A stretch of 63,743 nt of DNA, the filler included, from Caldilineae bacterium (GTDB taxonomy: Bacteria; Chloroflexota; Anaerolineae; DTLA01): NCBI GenBank assembly GCA_037446815.1. It is 7 parts of 5 records of this genome, joined end to end, with 100 filler letters (N's around TTAATTAATTAA, not from the genome) between each part and the next. Parts side by side here need not be neighbours in the genome. Positions count along the whole stretch, not along the records: positions 44,518 to 61,068 come from JBBIHX010000004.1; positions 61,169 to 63,743 come from JBBIHX010000007.1; 5 more parts are not named here. One strand, written 5' to 3'. The notes beneath the pieces were generated by a model. The model did not search any database, was not told where the DNA came from, and was given only the letters and a program-made list of their open reading frames with translations. Positions 60,875-63,743 of this stretch are shown piece by piece (within the stretch, counting starts at the first letter, position 1; every line of letters begins with the position of its first letter). The translations under genes were made by a program, and so were the position numbers.

Positions 60875-61024
60875 CATTCGGTTCCATCTTATGTTGGTGA
60901 ACCGTGGGCGCACTCTCCTCGTGTGTCATTGCGAGCGAAGCGAAGCAATCCCACGCCCCGGAGATTGCTTCGGGCGCTCCGCGCCCTCGCAATGACAAAT
61001 ACCAACAGACTTTGGAACCGAGTC
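60875..61024 (+). mobile_element. MITE type A, complete, 150 bp
   Basis: TIRs; flanks gttcggtg (60867) / gttcggcg (61025) match 7/8. Confidence 0.88.
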
Positions 61025-61039
61025 GTTCGGCGGCTCAAT

Positions 61040-61068
61040 TTGACAGAAAGGGGCCTTCCCAATAGAAT
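61040..61068 (+). promoter_or_regulatory. sigma70 promoter TTGACA-N17-TAGAAT (downstream gene lost at contig end)
   Basis: Near-perfect consensus. Confidence 0.7.
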
Positions 61069-61239
61069 NNNNNNNNNNNNNNNNNNNNNNNNNNNNNNNN
61101 NNNNNNNNNNNNTTAATTAATTAANNNNNNNNNNNNNNNNNNNNNNNNNNNNNNNNNNNNNNNNNNNNGCAGATAAGTATACAGGAACGGTGCGCAGGCG
61201 CAAATGAGGGTGCGGGAGCGGCCTGGTTCCATTCGAAAT

Positions 61240-61522
61240 GCGAGATTCTTCGCGGCTTCGCCGCTCAGAATGACACGTGCACCGTCAATTTGAGGCGAAG
61301 GCGAAGCGTCTCTGGGTGCGAGATTCTTCGCGGCTTCGCCGCTCAGAATGACACGTGCACCGTCAATTTGAGGCGAAGGCGAAGCGTCTCTGGGTGCGAG
61401 ATTCTTCGCCCTTACGCCGCTCAGAATGACAGGTGCACAGTCATATTGAGGCGAAGGCGAAGCGCCTCTGGAGGGAGATTCTTCGCCCTCCGCTGCTCAG
61501 GATGGCAGGTGCGTTGTCATTG
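61240..61522. repeat. Tandem 78-bp palindromic repeats (~3.5 copies)
   Basis: cgagattcttcgc...ctcagaatgac recurs at 61241, 61319, 61397 and ~61474. Confidence 0.85.
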
Positions 61523-61533
61523 CGGGAGCGCGC

Positions 61534-62583
61534 TCAGCGGGTGATGTCCGCGATGGCACCCTTGAGGATGATGAGCGCCCGGTCAATATCCTCGGGCTCA
61601 ATTCCGTAGTGGGTAACCATGCGGAACTGGCCGCCCTCAATGGCCTGGAACTTCAGCCCTTCCTGAGCGCATCGAGCCACCAATTGCTGCGGCGTGAATC
61701 GGTCGGTGGCGAGGCCGAAGATGAGGATGTTGCTCTGCACGCGCTCCAGGCGGATGTCAAACACGCCCATCTCGGCGAGGCCCGCGGCCAGTCGCCGTGC
61801 ATTGGCGTGGTCGTCGGCGAGGCGATCCACCATCTGCTCCAGCGCCACGATGCCCGCCGCGGCAATGATGCCCGCCTGGCGCATCCCGCCGCCGAGGACT
61901 TTGCGCAGGCGCTTTGCTTCGTACACGAAGTCCCGGCTGCCGCAGACGAGGGAGCCAACCGGCGCGGATAGCCCCTTGGACAGGCAGAAACTGACGGTGT
62001 CAAACGGTTCGGCCAGCGTGCGGGCCTCCACGCCGAGCGCGACGGCGGCGTTGAAGATGCGGGCGCCGTCCAGGTGGGCGCTCAAGTTGTGCTTGCGCGC
62101 GACGGCGACGACGGCGTCCATCTGCGCGCGAGTGAGCACCGCGCCGCCGCATCGGTTGTGCGTGTTTTCAAGCACGACCAGACGGCTGCGCGGGAAGTGC
62201 ACGTTGTCGGGGCGCACGGCGGCTTCCACTTCGGCGGGGTCCACCGTGCCGTCGTCGCGGTTGCGCACGGTGCGGACGTGCACGCCGCCCAAGACCGACG
62301 GGCCGCCTGCCTCAAACAGGAAGGTGTGGGCTTTGTCGCCCATGATGACCTCGTCGCCGCGCCCACATTGGGCCAAGATGCAGATGAGGTTGCCCATGGT
62401 GCCGCTGGCGACGAACAGGGCGGCCTCCTTGCCCATGCGCTCGGCGGCCATCTCCTGCAGGCGGTTGACGGTGGGGTCTTCGCCCATGACGTCATCGCCT
62501 ACCTCGGCGCGGTACATGGCCTCGCGCATGGCTGGGGTGGGATGGGTTACCGTGTCGCTCCGTAGGTCTATGATGCGCTGCAT
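61534..62583 (-). CDS. ltaE: Low-specificity L-threonine aldolase
   Basis: DLRSDTVT, SGTMGN, ENTHN, HLDGARIFNA, CLSKGL. Confidence 0.95.
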   Translation of the reverse strand: MQRIIDLRSDTVTHPTPAMREAMYRAEVGDDVMGEDPTVNRLQEMAAERMGKEAALFVASGTMGNLICILAQCGRGDEVIMGDKAHTFLFEAGGPSVLGGVHVRTVRNRDDGTVDPAEVEAAVRPDNVHFPRSRLVVLENTHNRCGGAVLTRAQMDAVVAVARKHNLSAHLDGARIFNAAVALGVEARTLAEPFDTVSFCLSKGLSAPVGSLVCGSRDFVYEAKRLRKVLGGGMRQAGIIAAAGIVALEQMVDRLADDHANARRLAAGLAEMGVFDIRLERVQSNILIFGLATDRFTPQQLVARCAQEGLKFQAIEGGQFRMVTHYGIEPEDIDRALIILKGAIADITR

Positions 62584-62584
62584 A

Positions 62585-63397
62585 TCAGTACCTCCTTACG
62601 ATGCTGCGGTAGGCTTGGGGCTGTCGGCACTGCATAATCTGGAGTTCCTCGCGGGTGCGGCGGACATCGTCCAGGTTGATGCGGGCGATGCAATACCCCT
62701 CGGCCTCCTCGTCCATCATGGCGAGGACGTGGCCACGCGGCCCGAGGATGAGGCTCTCGCCGAAGAAGGCGTAGGTGTATTCTTCGCCCACGCGGTTGGC
62801 TGCCGCCAGGAAGGAGGCGTTCTCCATAGCCCGCGCGAGGGCGTAGGCCTTCCATTCCTCCTGATTGGGCTTCTCCCAGTTGGCCAACGCGATGAGGAGT
62901 TCCGCGCCGTCCAGCGCCAGCGAGCGGGCTACCTCTGGAAAGGCCAGGTCCCAGCCGAGCATGAGGCCAATGGCGCCGATGCCGGTCCCAAAGACGGGGA
63001 GCCGATACCCCGGGCGGAAGGCCAGCCGCTGTTCGCCTTTCGGGTGCAGGGCGCGGTAGTCGCCGAGAATCTCGCCGTCGGGGCCGATGAGGAGGGCGGC
63101 GTTGTATACGATGCTCTCCACCTTCTCCTTGACGACCATCCCGAAGGCGAGGTGCACTTCAAACTCCGAGGCGCGCTGGCTCATGAGGTTGGTGGTGGGG
63201 CCGGGGATGCGCTCGGCGAGTTCGGTGAAGCGGACGCCGCACTCGTACCCCGTGGTGCACAGTTCGGGGAACACGATGAGGTCCACGTCGTGCTCGCTGC
63301 GGATTTTCTCAATGAATTCCGTCATACGCACCAGGTTCTCGCCGACCTCGCCCAATTGGGGCGACATCTGCACACAGGCGACGGTGATTTCGCTCAT
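62585..63397 (-). CDS. Carbon-nitrogen hydrolase family protein lacking the catalytic Lys and Cys
   Basis: FPEL..TGY, YNAA, YRALHP, MLGWDLAFPE, ARAMEN, NRVG, FFGES. Confidence 0.85.
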   Translation of the reverse strand: MSEITVACVQMSPQLGEVGENLVRMTEFIEKIRSEHDVDLIVFPELCTTGYECGVRFTELAERIPGPTTNLMSQRASEFEVHLAFGMVVKEKVESIVYNAALLIGPDGEILGDYRALHPKGEQRLAFRPGYRLPVFGTGIGAIGLMLGWDLAFPEVARSLALDGAELLIALANWEKPNQEEWKAYALARAMENASFLAAANRVGEEYTYAFFGESLILGPRGHVLAMMDEEAEGYCIARINLDDVRRTREELQIMQCRQPQAYRSIVRRY

Positions 63398-63430
63398 GGT
63401 TGTCCTCCGTAGAAAAAATGTTCTAGGGCG

Positions 63431-63459
63431 ATTATACCTCTGGTATGGCGGCGCGTCAA
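63431..63459 (-). promoter_or_regulatory. sigma70 promoter TTGACG-N17-TATAAT
   Basis: cgtcaa 63454-63459 and attata 63431-63436 on +. Confidence 0.72.
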
Positions 63460-63474
63460 TATCCGCCGGATGCC

Positions 63475-63743
63475 GACGCGCTTTGATGCGTGTTTGCGAA
63501 CGGCGGCGAAGCGTCTCGGTTGGCGAGATTCTTCGCGGCTTCGCCGCTCAGAATGACAGGTGCGTTGTTGTGCTGAAGCGAAGGCGAAGCATCTCGGCTA
63601 GCGAGATTCCTCGCGGCTTCGCCGCTCAGAATGACAGGTGCGTTGTTGTGCTGAAGCGAAGGCGAAGCATCTCGGCTAGCGAGATTCCTCGCGGCTTCGC
63701 CGCTCAGAATGACAGGTGCGTTGTTGTGCTGAAGCGAAGGCGA
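63475..63743. repeat. Degenerate MITE end followed by tandem 78-bp palindromic repeats; runs off the window
   Basis: gacgcgctttgat resembles the TIR; gcgagatt recurs at 63523, 63601 and 63679. Confidence 0.8.

Overview
GC-rich bacterial DNA, most likely an anaerobic Chloroflexota (Anaerolineae-like) draft genome or MAG; the taxonomy is inferred from a C-terminal YLPxxxR motif and the gene repertoire. The window is 7 contigs joined by artificial 100-nt N/TTAATTAATTAA/N linkers, so adjacency across linkers has no biological meaning. Contents: (i) a sensory [FeFe]-hydrogenase module (hfsA/hydS/SpoIIE-like) followed by an ECF S-component and a corrinoid reductive activator; (ii) a ~15-kb operon with class I fumarase, two HdrCBA modules (one split and one fused asymmetric HdrA), MvhD, an FdhB-like subunit and an anchor-less fumarate reductase; (iii) nusA-ylxR-infB-rbfA-nrnA-truB-ribF; (iv) Moco genes, a hybrid kinase, a pentaheme cytochrome, glnA and ltaE. 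The most striking non-coding signal is a ~150-bp MITE family with TIR GA(C/T)TCGGTT(C/T)CA, 8-bp target duplications and interchangeable palindromic cargo. At 7 clear sites plus 1 degenerate site its end lies exactly 15 nt upstream of a sigma70 -35 box, and it stacks into tandem arrays at those promoters. Switchable leader structures occur before infB and glnA.
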